A DNA stretch of 64,000 nucleotides from positions 10,909 through 74,908 of the forward strand of contig JAFGCJ010000001.1 of the NCBI GenBank assembly GCA_016932785.1. The letters are read 5' to 3'. Below, in pieces: positions 10,901 to 19,049 of this stretch; the stretch's first letter is position 1; each line of letters opens with the position of its first letter. The DNA comes from Candidatus Dojkabacteria bacterium (GTDB lineage Bacteria > Patescibacteriota > Dojkabacteria > SC72 > JAFGCJ01). The position numbers and the translations under genes were made by a program. Below the pieces are notes generated by a model, which saw only the letters and a program-made list of their open reading frames with translations, was not told the DNA's origin and searched no databases.

Positions 10901-12628
10901 GGTTATGTTGCGCCTGAAGTGCTACCAAATGTTCTACAGCTTAAGGGAGAAACCAGTCTGGTGGTGACCGAAGCTGTTGATGCGTATGGATTGGGAGCAA
11001 CTTTATTTGCTGTTGCCGTTGGTTGTGTTGTTGATGAGGCTGGAGATCCTCCTATTCCGGGAGTTATAAATGTGATGACTTCTGATCATTCAGACCAGGT
11101 CGAGGAGGCTAGACGGGCGGCTATAAGATCAAACCTTGCGAGTACTCCCATGGATCCTCAAATGATAGAGATTGTCGTTCGACTCCTCGAGATTGATCCA
11201 GGTGAGAGACAGACAAATCTCCTCGCTGTTGCTGAGGAATTGAGAAGGATTTCAAATCCTTTTGAAGATTTAGGGTTGATGGATGGAGCCTCATTGAGCG
11301 ATTTAGATAGAGCACAGTCATTAGACGAAGTAATTCTGTTTTTGAGAATGTCTGTGCTTCCTAGCACTGAGAGGACAAAGGCTTTAAGTGAGATAGCCTC
11401 TGGACTCGATGAGGTATCGCGCTATGCTGCTGCTCGAAGAGTGGGCGTTGAACAGGGATTAGCTGAAATGGATAGAATTTTGGTCAGGGCTGTGACAAAT
11501 GGGAATAGAAGGACAGTGAGAAATGACCTTTCATCTGCAACTGGAGCCTATCTGGCATCAGTGTCGCTGGGAAGCCGTTTCGATCAGTTCTATGCATCAG
11601 CTGTAGCAATATTTACACGTGTTTCCGGACAACTTAGAAAGCTTCAATTAGAGGGAAGATTAACAGACCCACTTATTAATACTTTACAGAGCATCTTTGG
11701 CCGGTTTGCCAGGGAAGATAGACGAATTATTAATGTAGGTGAGTTTATGACTAAGAGAGGCTTGGAAGATAGAATGGGCTATCTTCATAGTTCACGGGAG
11801 GGCAGGTTTTTTGTCGATGACGAAAGTTTGGCAGGAATGTGTGTCAGTTTACAGTCTGAATTTAAAGCTAACAGACATCTTTTCCTCTCTGAGGTTGTTG
11901 TAAGGTTAACCTCTCTGCAAGGAGAAGTCGATTTTTCAAGCTGGAGAAATAATGTACTTTCTGGTGATCAATATGCTTCAAGTAATCTAACGCGTCATAG
12001 AGACCTTGGAAGAGTAATTAGCGACATAGTGGTTTCTCCTGCAAGAAGAGAAGAGCTGGAGAAAGATTTATCTAAAGTAGTGGAAGAACTCAGAAGTGCC
12101 GTGCCCGATGACGCGTACAGACTAACAGAGGTGCTGAGAAACCTCGTGGCTGTATATGTTTGGGTTAGCGGACATGGTATGCAAAGACAGCTTTCGTATG
12201 AAGCTAGAGACCTTAGAGATTATGCAGATAGGGAACATGAAAAAGGTTATGGGGCTATGTATTTATCGAAGGGTATTACAGAGGTATCGGATCCGTTTTA
12301 TAAAAGATTCAGCTGGCTTCGTACGCTACCTGAATTACGTAATCGGCTTTTGTCTGAATCTGGAGATCAAGGTGTAGAGGACATAGTTAGGAGGGCATTT
12401 AGTGACGCCGTTGGCGGAGTTAGTGGGGAAATTATTGATTATTGGAATGAATGGCGTAATGCTGTGGCCGAATATCTGTCGAAGAGCCTTTCGAGAAAAA
12501 GAATTAATGAAATTTTATACCAAAGGGATGAGCGTGCTCAGCTAAGAAGGATTGTTGGTAGTATTTCAAGAGAAATCGATGACTTTAACAAAGAGCATCG
12601 AAGAATATTGAGGGACCTTACTTCTTAG
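7967..12628 (+). CDS. 1553-aa protein with an embedded Hanks-type Ser/Thr protein kinase catalytic core and large uncharacterised flanking regions
   Basis: VVHRDVKPQNVLI (catalytic loop, His codon at 10739), LGDFGIS (DFG), GTPGYVAPE (APE) and DAYGLGATLF. About 860 aa N-terminal and about 450 aa C-terminal carry no recognisable domain. Confidence 0.8.
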   Translation: MSGDSLYSSGVSAEKYSGNLDRGDSTSSVSSEESEEGYEALVAGNVDQQRVAAMTRLHEGFVSQLEALDELLVDPFAEIVSRGMFREPFDAMMANFRGRQLSCIQFLAREGVTLENLAQIVLGGVLVHESKAYSREEDVLSMIGENFLTQMSGLYGSSKAEIPGDLETDVFLIGGGAALGVILDIPEPTGRADMESIEYLVNTFGIRIFNDEGEEIPMEEDGEMTLEQAQTVWRTLQSWRSLTVDRSMLPTEFKETFPGDVVVFFGYPDEQSVRHESEEVFHHYLRDQMVSYLKEQESTALVPDVSYTPRTISEIVGMTDEDCLRLYGRGRREVIEGIRDADRSVLAWSIAAPALSEISSILSEDEELVELEGVRFIEQLASRSIGSLGILPGSERMAAINGLSKEDIAKILEAYVEAYTLVRAVRGKVCELLQEKNPREVANLLHAYFGNPVNFLLHGEREELGRADGSDSYSRFEAQRRRNLDALTTSLAVLKRDQIPEEGPEVVRGVLGLEDFSEGEDEGAKPEQYYVDTRFESRFIQDKGTIPACGAVVEFDLIPSHGTTVAITIGEAGAGGGMSSSRKAALAAEVSGAPAGFRRYVILGKGDRRTDIYMDTDGQVVRYYRSNAGAADQSLSELEFQQACSTHPESNMFFLKEATVALPGGEAFAQSLIDLSDLPFTFVPKSVFERLDAEGRTELLDKNIFQLSIAVQRLLQNLDIHNASSFLDNRFTIGRVELSLQEYIRRIVVSAYRADYSRATRYFGTASNGLAQRLHIRSADLDQYSSVVYDGASEEPFAVLRNANQSLVDGVEQFVLQVLEPELQAAIRRASREAAVGRVVAGTGMAESVVPVAASTLNHVGLGDKGGSRRILVTLFPWIENMVGDLADFRDQLKASPSRDQLLKIGLSLCNALGGVAHEGLNVVHRDVKPQNVLIVGSNMEKVLLGDFGISVHKGSTMTVSDLDSSSSAGRTALMGTPGYVAPEVLPNVLQLKGETSLVVTEAVDAYGLGATLFAVAVGCVVDEAGDPPIPGVINVMTSDHSDQVEEARRAAIRSNLASTPMDPQMIEIVVRLLEIDPGERQTNLLAVAEELRRISNPFEDLGLMDGASLSDLDRAQSLDEVILFLRMSVLPSTERTKALSEIASGLDEVSRYAAARRVGVEQGLAEMDRILVRAVTNGNRRTVRNDLSSATGAYLASVSLGSRFDQFYASAVAIFTRVSGQLRKLQLEGRLTDPLINTLQSIFGRFAREDRRIINVGEFMTKRGLEDRMGYLHSSREGRFFVDDESLAGMCVSLQSEFKANRHLFLSEVVVRLTSLQGEVDFSSWRNNVLSGDQYASSNLTRHRDLGRVISDIVVSPARREELEKDLSKVVEELRSAVPDDAYRLTEVLRNLVAVYVWVSGHGMQRQLSYEARDLRDYADREHEKGYGAMYLSKGITEVSDPFYKRFSWLRTLPELRNRLLSESGDQGVEDIVRRAFSDAVGGVSGEIIDYWNEWRNAVAEYLSKSLSRKRINEILYQRDERAQLRRIVGSISREIDDFNKEHRRILRDLTS
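10540..11250 (+). other. Ser/Thr kinase-like domain inside the 1553-aa ORF (approximate boundaries)
   Basis: Runs from GLGDKGGSRRILV (a possible Gly-rich loop) to IDPGERQTNLLAVAEELRRI. The C-lobe motifs are intact. I found no VAIK-type beta3 lysine segment. Confidence 0.65.
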
Positions 12629-12818
12629 GGTGCTGTTTTGTAAGGGGTCTCTCATCGGGTGGTTGCTGTAGTTCATAATATAAAGAATATTAGTGGGAAT
12701 GATTTGGATAGCAACTTTATCAAATATTCCTTTTGCCCAAACCGTTAAAATCTGCTATATTTCAGCCTAGAACACATACTCGATACATGGGCGATTTTGT
12801 CTTCATCTCATGGCCGCG

Positions 12819-12835
12819 AACTATAAGTTAGCGGG
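12819..12835 (+). promoter_or_regulatory. Conserved 17-mer AACTATAAGTTAGCGGG, copy 1, with a -10-like TATAAG 10 nt upstream of the tRNA-Leu 5' end
   Basis: Exact 17-mer also present at 12953-12969 and 49342-49358. The spacing to the downstream gene start is identical for copies 1 and 2. Confidence 0.5.
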
Positions 12836-12837
12836 TG

Positions 12838-12921
12838 GGGCGAGTGGTGGAATAGGCAGACACGCGGGTCTCAAAAACCCGTCCTAGCAATAGGGTGAGG
12901 GTTCGATTCCCTCCTCGCCCA
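12838..12921 (+). tRNA. tRNA-Leu (anticodon CAA), type II with a long variable arm; CCA not encoded
   Basis: Manual fold. Acceptor stem GGGCGAG/CTCGCCC with discriminator A. Anticodon stem CGGGT/ACCCG with loop CT-CAA-AA. Long variable arm CCTAGCAATAGGGT. T arm GAGGG-TTCGATT-CCCTC. Confidence 0.85.
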
Positions 12922-12952
12922 TAATCCGTGAGAGTGAGGGTGTTCACATTTA

Positions 12953-12969
12953 AACTATAAGTTAGCGGG
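12953..12969 (+). promoter_or_regulatory. Conserved 17-mer AACTATAAGTTAGCGGG, copy 2, immediately upstream of efp
   Basis: TATAAG lies at 12956-12961 and the efp ATG at 12972, with only 10 nt between them and no SD sequence. This implies a leaderless or near-leaderless transcript. Confidence 0.5.
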
Positions 12970-12971
12970 AT

Positions 12972-13535
12972 ATGGCAGTGCTATCAAACACGGATCTTCG
13001 TCGTGGAGTAGTCTTTCAGGACGGGGGAGAGATTTTTGTTGTTCTCAATTATGCTTCCAGTGTTAGGGGTCGGGGAAGTTCCATTGTTAAGCTGAAAATT
13101 CGTAATCTTAAAACAGGCAATGTTCTGGAAAAATCTTACAGAGCTAATGAAAAAGTAGAGTCTGTGGATACACAAAGAACAAATGTTCAGTATCTTTACT
13201 CGGAAGGGGAAAGTGCTAACTTTATGAACTCTGAGACATTTGAGCAATTTTCTATTCCTATGGAGGAAGTCGGAGAATCAGTGAAGTATCTCAATGAGGG
13301 CGAGAAGGTGATCGTGTTACTTGTTGAGGGCAAACCCGTTTCTATAGAAATACCCAAGAAAGTAGAGATGGAGATTAAATATACCGAGCCTGCAGTTAAG
13401 GGTAATACCGCAACAAATGCTATGAAAAAGGCAAAACTGCAGAATGGCCTCGAAGTAGATGTGCCCCTATTTTCAAAAGTTGGAGATAGGATTAAAATTA
13501 ACACCGATACAGGAGAGTATGTCTCTCGGGCATAA
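12972..13535 (+). CDS. efp: Translation elongation factor P
   Basis: NTDLRRGVVFQDGGEIFVVL, the KLKIRNLKTG loop region, YTEPAVKGNTATNAMKKAKLQNGLEVDVPLF. Length 187 aa. Confidence 0.93.
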   Translation: MAVLSNTDLRRGVVFQDGGEIFVVLNYASSVRGRGSSIVKLKIRNLKTGNVLEKSYRANEKVESVDTQRTNVQYLYSEGESANFMNSETFEQFSIPMEEVGESVKYLNEGEKVIVLLVEGKPVSIEIPKKVEMEIKYTEPAVKGNTATNAMKKAKLQNGLEVDVPLFSKVGDRIKINTDTGEYVSRA

Positions 13536-13605
13536 TTCGAGTTGTCGGGTATAGTTTTGTTCTTTGAGCTATTAAAATTTAATTAAATTTGATAAGTATT
13601 AAGTT

Positions 13606-14379
13606 ATGGAATCGTTCTTTTTTGACATACTGTCCTTTCTGGAAGATTTAGATTTTATCTTCTTCGTTAAAATCCTTGGAATAATTTTCGGAGTATTCTG
13701 GTTGATTGTTGTAGGGTGGACGTGGACTGATGCGTCTGAAAGGTCGGGGTCGCTGTTTTTCAAGATAATTTCCTCGTTTCTTGTTCTAACTTTGAATATC
13801 TTTGGCCTTATAATTTATCTCATTATTCGACCCAAATACCCCAAAGATGAGGAGTATTGGATAGATCTTGAGAGAAGGTATTTGAAGTTTGAGGCCGATG
13901 GGCTTGAAGATTGTCCTTACTGCGGCTTCGAAATCATGCCAAACTATGTTCATTGTCCAAACTGTGGCTCAAAACTACGTGTAAAATGTAATTCCTGTGA
14001 ATCATATTTAGAATTGAATTGGGATGTGTGTCCATTTTGCGGGGAGAAGCAGAAGAATGTTGATTTATCACAAAAGATAGACGACTTTCAGAACCGTAAG
14101 AAGATTGTGAGAAAGAAAAGGAATCCTTTTAAAGGTATAGGAGGTAGAATCAGATCTTTGTTCTCATTTCGTAAGAGAGTTGGCAATAAAGCTCAGGTCA
14201 CTGCTGCCTCGAAATCCCAGAATAAGAAGACTTCTAAACCAGGTGATTCATCTTCTTCGAAGCAAGCAGATAAGTCTCAGAAGCAAGCAGACAAGTCTCA
14301 GAAACAAGAAGAGAGCAGTGCTAAGAAAGCAAAGGATACCCGAAAGAAGAGAAGGAAAAAGAAAAGGAGAAAGAAATAG
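13606..14379 (+). CDS. Membrane protein with a double zinc-ribbon and a Lys-rich C-terminal tail
   Basis: Two N-terminal TM segments. CPYCGFEIMPNYVHCPNCG...CNSCESYLELNWDVCPFCG gives four CxxC pairs. The tail reads KQADKSQKQADKSQKQ...KKRRKKKRRKK. Confidence 0.6.
   Translation: MESFFFDILSFLEDLDFIFFVKILGIIFGVFWLIVVGWTWTDASERSGSLFFKIISSFLVLTLNIFGLIIYLIIRPKYPKDEEYWIDLERRYLKFEADGLEDCPYCGFEIMPNYVHCPNCGSKLRVKCNSCESYLELNWDVCPFCGEKQKNVDLSQKIDDFQNRKKIVRKKRNPFKGIGGRIRSLFSFRKRVGNKAQVTAASKSQNKKTSKPGDSSSSKQADKSQKQADKSQKQEESSAKKAKDTRKKRRKKKRRKK
14260..14301 (+). repeat. 21-bp tandem duplication inside the Lys-rich tail coding region
   Basis: aagcaagcagataagtctcag followed by aagcaagcagacaagtctcag, with one mismatch. 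Confidence 0.8.
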
Positions 14380-14489
14380 ATACCAATTCTTAAGAAGTCT
14401 TTGGTTTATATATCAGTCGGTTTATATTATTGTTGGATGTTACTAGGGATTAGCCTTGTAGCTTCTTCTTCAACATTATAAAATTGGGC

Positions 14490-15701
14490 ATGCTAGAATC
14501 TTTTTTATCAGCATTCGACAAATCAATTCCGAGGTGGATAGTCTGGCTATATATTATTATTTCCGGTATCGTAGGATATTTTATCTATTGGCTTCAGATT
14601 AAGAGAAGGGCTCAGAAGAAACTTGAGCTATCAATTGTCTCGGACCAGGTTATTAAGGCGGAAACCGAGAGCATTAGTTCCAAATTCTTTGACTATGTAG
14701 GATTCAGCCTTATCTTTTCCGTCTTTTTATCTAGGTTTATGTATATCTGGTATAGAAGTTCAGAGTTTGCGGGAACCAGGTGGTTTTGGTTGCCATACGA
14801 GAAAATAGAAGGGCAGGTATATATAATGGAGAGTTTTCCATGGCTTTTCCTTCGGTTCTGGGATAGGGACTTTTTGATCGAGGGTATAGTATTTGGAATA
14901 TTATTCAGCGTGATCTTTGTATCGAAAGCATTGGGCTTCAAGTGGAAAGAAATCTTTGAACCTACTACGAATTTTCTTTGGTATGTTCTTTGCTGTTTCC
15001 TATTGTTTATCGCTGTGGTGACCGGAAGGCCGTTGCATATAGTATTTTTCATTTTTGTAATGATTTCTGGAGTAGCTAGGTACGTAGTTGATTTGCTGAA
15101 AAATATTGATTTTCCACTTTGGCTTAAATCTGTGGTTGATGTCTTTTGGAGAATAGTGACATATCTTAGTGCACCAATATTGATCCTGGTTTCGCAGAAT
15201 TTCGAAGCCTATCCAAACAAGGGGGTGTTAATCTTTCTTGACCTGGGAATTATTTTTATGAGTATTTGGCTTTTGGTGTCAATGGTTCTGTTCAAATATT
15301 ATGGTGACATTATTAGTAAGCTTGAGGAAAAACTCCAGAGCGGAGGTAAGGTTGGTGACCAGAATATTAAATCCAGGGTCGATGTACAAATTGTTGGACA
15401 TGACACCTACCGCGGGGATACAAGTAGATCCTCTGTAAAATCTTCCAAAAGACCAAAAGCTCCAGATATGAGCAAGATAAAATCCTCTCCTGTTTCAACG
15501 GTTGAGACTTCATATCGAAAGCTTGGGGCCAGTATCAAGAGGGTCTTTCCCAAGGCAGATCCTGGTTACAGGAAGTTTTCTCTTTCCTATCGTGATTTTA
15601 CAAAGAAGCCTTCAAGAGGGAAGAAGGTAAAAGGCTTCCTCTCTAAATTCCTGAAGAGCAAAGAAGTCGACACTAATGAAGAAACTTCATCTAGCGAATA
15701 A
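14490..15701 (+). CDS. Multi-pass integral membrane protein, function unknown, with a basic S/K-rich C-terminal tail
   Basis: Several hydrophobic segments across about 280 aa. The ATG at 14490 is preferred over the TTG at 14484. The gene overlaps lspA by 26 nt. Confidence 0.55.
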   Translation: MLESFLSAFDKSIPRWIVWLYIIISGIVGYFIYWLQIKRRAQKKLELSIVSDQVIKAETESISSKFFDYVGFSLIFSVFLSRFMYIWYRSSEFAGTRWFWLPYEKIEGQVYIMESFPWLFLRFWDRDFLIEGIVFGILFSVIFVSKALGFKWKEIFEPTTNFLWYVLCCFLLFIAVVTGRPLHIVFFIFVMISGVARYVVDLLKNIDFPLWLKSVVDVFWRIVTYLSAPILILVSQNFEAYPNKGVLIFLDLGIIFMSIWLLVSMVLFKYYGDIISKLEEKLQSGGKVGDQNIKSRVDVQIVGHDTYRGDTSRSSVKSSKRPKAPDMSKIKSSPVSTVETSYRKLGASIKRVFPKADPGYRKFSLSYRDFTKKPSRGKKVKGFLSKFLKSKEVDTNEETSSSE

Positions 15702-16119
15702 AGTCACGAATAAGAAGAGCGCAGTACTGATTGTAGTTATTTTGATACTGATTGATCAGATTACCAAAGTTGTCGCGAGAGGATATGACTTTGGTGCACT
15801 TAACACTGGAGTTTCTTTGGGCCTATTGAGCGACGTTGGAGTTGTGGTCTTACTCGTAATTCAGGTTTTCATAGTTGCGGCCCTCCTTCTTATTTTGATA
15901 GGAAGAGATTTGGACCGGTATTTGAGGTTGGGTTTGTGTATCATTATTTCTGGTGGACTAAGTAATATAATAACAAGGTTGATGTGGGGTGGGGTATGGG
16001 ACTGGATTGATTTAAAGCTTATACCTATTTTTAATCTTGCTGATATATATATTGATATTGGATTATTAATAATTTTGTACAGGTCTTTTGGTGGCAGATT
16101 CGGAGAAAAAAATAAATGA
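15676..16119 (+). CDS. lspA: Lipoprotein signal peptidase (signal peptidase II)
   Basis: LIDQITK, NTGVSLGLL, and FNLADIYIDIGLLIIL (the FNxAD catalytic Asp motif). Length 147 aa with 4 TM segments. Confidence 0.85.
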   Translation: MKKLHLANKVTNKKSAVLIVVILILIDQITKVVARGYDFGALNTGVSLGLLSDVGVVVLLVIQVFIVAALLLILIGRDLDRYLRLGLCIIISGGLSNIITRLMWGGVWDWIDLKLIPIFNLADIYIDIGLLIILYRSFGGRFGEKNK

Positions 16120-16126
16120 ATTGTTC

Positions 16127-17434
16127 ATGAAAGATGGTTACGAAGTTACCAGTTCAGCTCGTGGGTATAGAGTTGATAGGCTGCTTTGTCAGGTCTTTGA
16201 TGATTGGTCAAGAAAGGATGTATCGCTTCTGATAAAGAATTCCGGAGTCAAGGTGAATGGAGAAAGCGTCAGGAAAGGCTCTAAGCGTCTCAAAAACAGG
16301 GACATAGTCCTAATTGATCAGAAGGTGTTTGAGAAGGTCAAAAAAACAGTTGAGAAGGCTAGGGACGCAAAGGAGTTCACGTATTATGGTGATGAAAAAA
16401 CTATTGAGCCTGAAAATCTTCCTCTCGAGATTGTATATGAAGAAAATGAATTCATTGTGGTAAACAAGCCTGCAGGTATGGTAGTTCATCCTGCTTACAA
16501 AAATCCATCAGGCACGCTTGTGAACGCAGTTGCGGGATACTTTAAGAGAAATAAAATTCAGCTACCCAGACGAGTAGGGCTTGTTCATAGGATAGATAAA
16601 GATGTCAGTGGGCTTCTTATAATAGCCAAGGATGACCATTCCCTCTCAGCTCTGAGTTCTCAATTTAGCGGTGTGGGAATTACAGGCCCTGGTATTGATG
16701 TATCCATGAAAGCCAGGAAATTGTATTGGGCTGTGATAAAGCCGGAATCAAGTTCTCAACTCGAATCAATAGGGCTGTTGAAGAAAGGTGCAAAGATGGA
16801 CACAATTACAGTGGAAGGATATATCAGAAGATCTCGTGCGGACAGGCGAGTTAGTGAATTCAATATAGGAAGGCCATTTTTGGATGCTAGTATCAAAGGG
16901 TCACGCTCTAGAGCTAATGATGCTAATGGAGCGGCGAATAAGGGCCGATACTGTCTTAGTTTCATGAAACTGGTGTCGAAGCTACCCAAGGGAGAATGGC
17001 TTATTGAAGTTGAAATTATCACCGGAAGAACTCATCAGATTCGATCACAACTTTCTAGCTTGGGGATTCCTGTCGTTGGTGACAAAATGTATGGTGGTAA
17101 AGAAAACCGACACAATGATATTTCTATGCATGGCATTGCGCTGAGAAGCGTTGCTCTTGACATTATACCCCCCGGGGTATATAAAGAATGTATAAAGGAG
17201 AGGAAATTAGCCATGCTCCTTGCAGGAAAAGACAAGAAAAGCGTTGATGATGGTGCTATTAATGGAAAAGCGGAAAAAAAGATACATGAAAAGCCTTATT
17301 GTAATGGGAGAATTGTATCACAAAGAGCTACAAGGGGCTTAGAATGCGACAAATTTATTAAGAAATACAAAAGTATTGACCGAGAAGGTATAGAAATTGA
17401 TAGAATCTGTATTGCGAATTTTGTGATACCTTGA
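16127..17434 (+). CDS. RluA/RluD-family 23S rRNA pseudouridine synthase with an internal insertion and a ~90-aa C-terminal extension
   Basis: S4-like N-terminus (RVDRLL...SRKDVSLLIKNSGVKVNG), HRIDKDVSGLLIIAK (catalytic Asp) and GRTHQIRSQLSSLGIPVVGDKMYG. The ATG at 16127 is preferred. Confidence 0.8.
   Translation: MKDGYEVTSSARGYRVDRLLCQVFDDWSRKDVSLLIKNSGVKVNGESVRKGSKRLKNRDIVLIDQKVFEKVKKTVEKARDAKEFTYYGDEKTIEPENLPLEIVYEENEFIVVNKPAGMVVHPAYKNPSGTLVNAVAGYFKRNKIQLPRRVGLVHRIDKDVSGLLIIAKDDHSLSALSSQFSGVGITGPGIDVSMKARKLYWAVIKPESSSQLESIGLLKKGAKMDTITVEGYIRRSRADRRVSEFNIGRPFLDASIKGSRSRANDANGAANKGRYCLSFMKLVSKLPKGEWLIEVEIITGRTHQIRSQLSSLGIPVVGDKMYGGKENRHNDISMHGIALRSVALDIIPPGVYKECIKERKLAMLLAGKDKKSVDDGAINGKAEKKIHEKPYCNGRIVSQRATRGLECDKFIKKYKSIDREGIEIDRICIANFVIP
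17164..17181. promoter_or_regulatory. Second CsoR-operator-like palindrome TATACCCC-CC-GGGGTATA, inside the rluD-like ORF
   Basis: The arms TATACCCC/GGGGTATA and the 2-nt spacer match the 341-360 palindrome. The site is followed directly by TATAAA. Confidence 0.4.
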
Positions 17435-17834
17435 TAGAGTAGAGTATATGGAGGGTAGCTCTTTAGAAAGAACTATAATGATATTGACGAATAAAGGTAT
17501 TTAAAGCCTATAAATGACAAATCTTATGTTTGAACAAGAATTCCTTGGCTATTCGTAACAAAATACCTGATGTGGAGTTGAGATATTTCCAATCTGGTGA
17601 AGGTAATAAAAACGGCTTTGTGGCAATCTTTAAATAGTTCACAAAATTTGATCATAAATTTTACATATCATCGGATCCGAGTGTTCATTAGATGGTTTCA
17701 GATTTAATAACCAAGATGACTCACAATAGACTAGTGCCTTGTTAGTGAAGAATTTGTTTTATGTAAAAGTAACACAATTGTAACATGAGGTCTTTCGATT
17801 TACTATTTGACCTATATTTTTTCTATTATATTCT

Positions 17835-19049
17835 GTGCCCCTTCTAAAAAGATCAAAAAAACAAAAGAAGAGATTTCGGACCGAAAGGACTCTAAAAGCA
17901 CGACTTTTAGACAAACCAAAATACCTTTTGATTCTAAGGATATTGATTGTTGTTGTTCTTATAACATCTATTTCATCTGTTGTTTATTGGTTTTATCATC
18001 GGGTATCAGATCTGAATGATCTGGAATTTTCTCAGACTCTTGAGGATTCCTATGATTTTGATTATGAGCCTCTTGGGTACAATAAAAACGAAGTCTTCAC
18101 CTTATTGATTTTGGTTGATCTTGAGGATGATGGAAGAACAAAGGTTGATGATTTTGTTGTTATTCAAATAGATTCAAATTCACAAGAAGCTTTTGTTTTT
18201 TCTTTTCACCCGGATATTTATTTCTACCTTTATGAGTATAGCGGCTCTTATGAAAGTGTTGAAATATCAAGGGTTAGAGATCTTCCTGTTGTTGGGGATC
18301 TTCATGATCCTCCCAGACCGGTTTCGTATACGTATCATCAGCTGCAAGAGTTTTTGGCCATTAGGTTTAATGGATATATCCTAATTAAGGGCGATCTTTC
18401 AAAGGACTTCAACAGATTTGGGAATGCCGAGGCTTTAGGTGATACATTGAAGTCAGATATGTCCTATGAAGCCTGGGCAAAGGAAAATAATGAGTATTGG
18501 ATAAATTTTATAAATACTCTTTCAATCTTTGGGGCTTTGGCCAATAAGGATAAAATACCAGAACTTGAAAGTAATTTAGAAGTAACTGACCTGTATGGAT
18601 TTGTTAGAGGATTTAAGGATATTTCTCTAAGTGACGTAGAATCTGTTTATCTGAAGACTGAAGACCTTACTGAGGTAATAGATGAGAGGGGAGACCAGGT
18701 GACTTTTTTATCGGAGACCAAGCTTGACGAAGCGTTGGGTAATCATGTTCGAGATATCGAAATGGAGCGGGAACAGGCCAGAGTCGAAGTATTTAACGGG
18801 AGTGGGGTTGGGGGGCTTGGAGCTCGATACAAAAGGTGGCTTGAACATCTTGGAGCTGATGTCATAAGAGTTGGAAATGCTTCTGGGGACTGGGATAGAT
18901 CTGTTATATATGTTACCAAGAGTGGGGAGTTTGATTATACTATGGATCGGATTCAGAGTTTGTGGGAGAAGGATGTTGAGATAAGGGAGGGTCGCCCGGA
19001 TTTTGTTACTACAGGGGATATAATCGTGATTTTAGGTGCAGATTTTTAG
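17835..19049 (+). CDS. LytR/CpsA/Psr (LCP)-like envelope protein with a LytR_C C-terminal domain
   Basis: N-terminal basic region plus a TM segment. C-terminal ARVEVFNGSGVGGLGARYKRWLEHLGADVIRVGNASG...VIYV is typical of LytR_C. The central region is only weakly LCP-like. GTG start. Confidence 0.5.
   Translation: MPLLKRSKKQKKRFRTERTLKARLLDKPKYLLILRILIVVVLITSISSVVYWFYHRVSDLNDLEFSQTLEDSYDFDYEPLGYNKNEVFTLLILVDLEDDGRTKVDDFVVIQIDSNSQEAFVFSFHPDIYFYLYEYSGSYESVEISRVRDLPVVGDLHDPPRPVSYTYHQLQEFLAIRFNGYILIKGDLSKDFNRFGNAEALGDTLKSDMSYEAWAKENNEYWINFINTLSIFGALANKDKIPELESNLEVTDLYGFVRGFKDISLSDVESVYLKTEDLTEVIDERGDQVTFLSETKLDEALGNHVRDIEMEREQARVEVFNGSGVGGLGARYKRWLEHLGADVIRVGNASGDWDRSVIYVTKSGEFDYTMDRIQSLWEKDVEIREGRPDFVTTGDIIVILGADF

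Noticed and set aside
14260-14301. Short tandem repeat considered as a possible CRISPR or minisatellite
   Set aside because: There are only two 21-bp units with no spacers, inside a coding low-complexity tail. This is an ordinary codon-level duplication.
14180-14446. 88-aa ORF overlapping the 3' end of the zinc-ribbon protein gene in another frame
   Set aside because: It is an alternative reading of the Lys/Arg-rich repeat region. The upstream frame is continuous with a well-formed membrane and zinc-ribbon protein.
17807-17834. TTGACC plus TATATT as a leaderless promoter for the LCP-like gene
   Set aside because: The spacer is 14 nt or less for any -10 candidate, which does not fit sigma70 geometry. 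The GTG start itself is uncertain.
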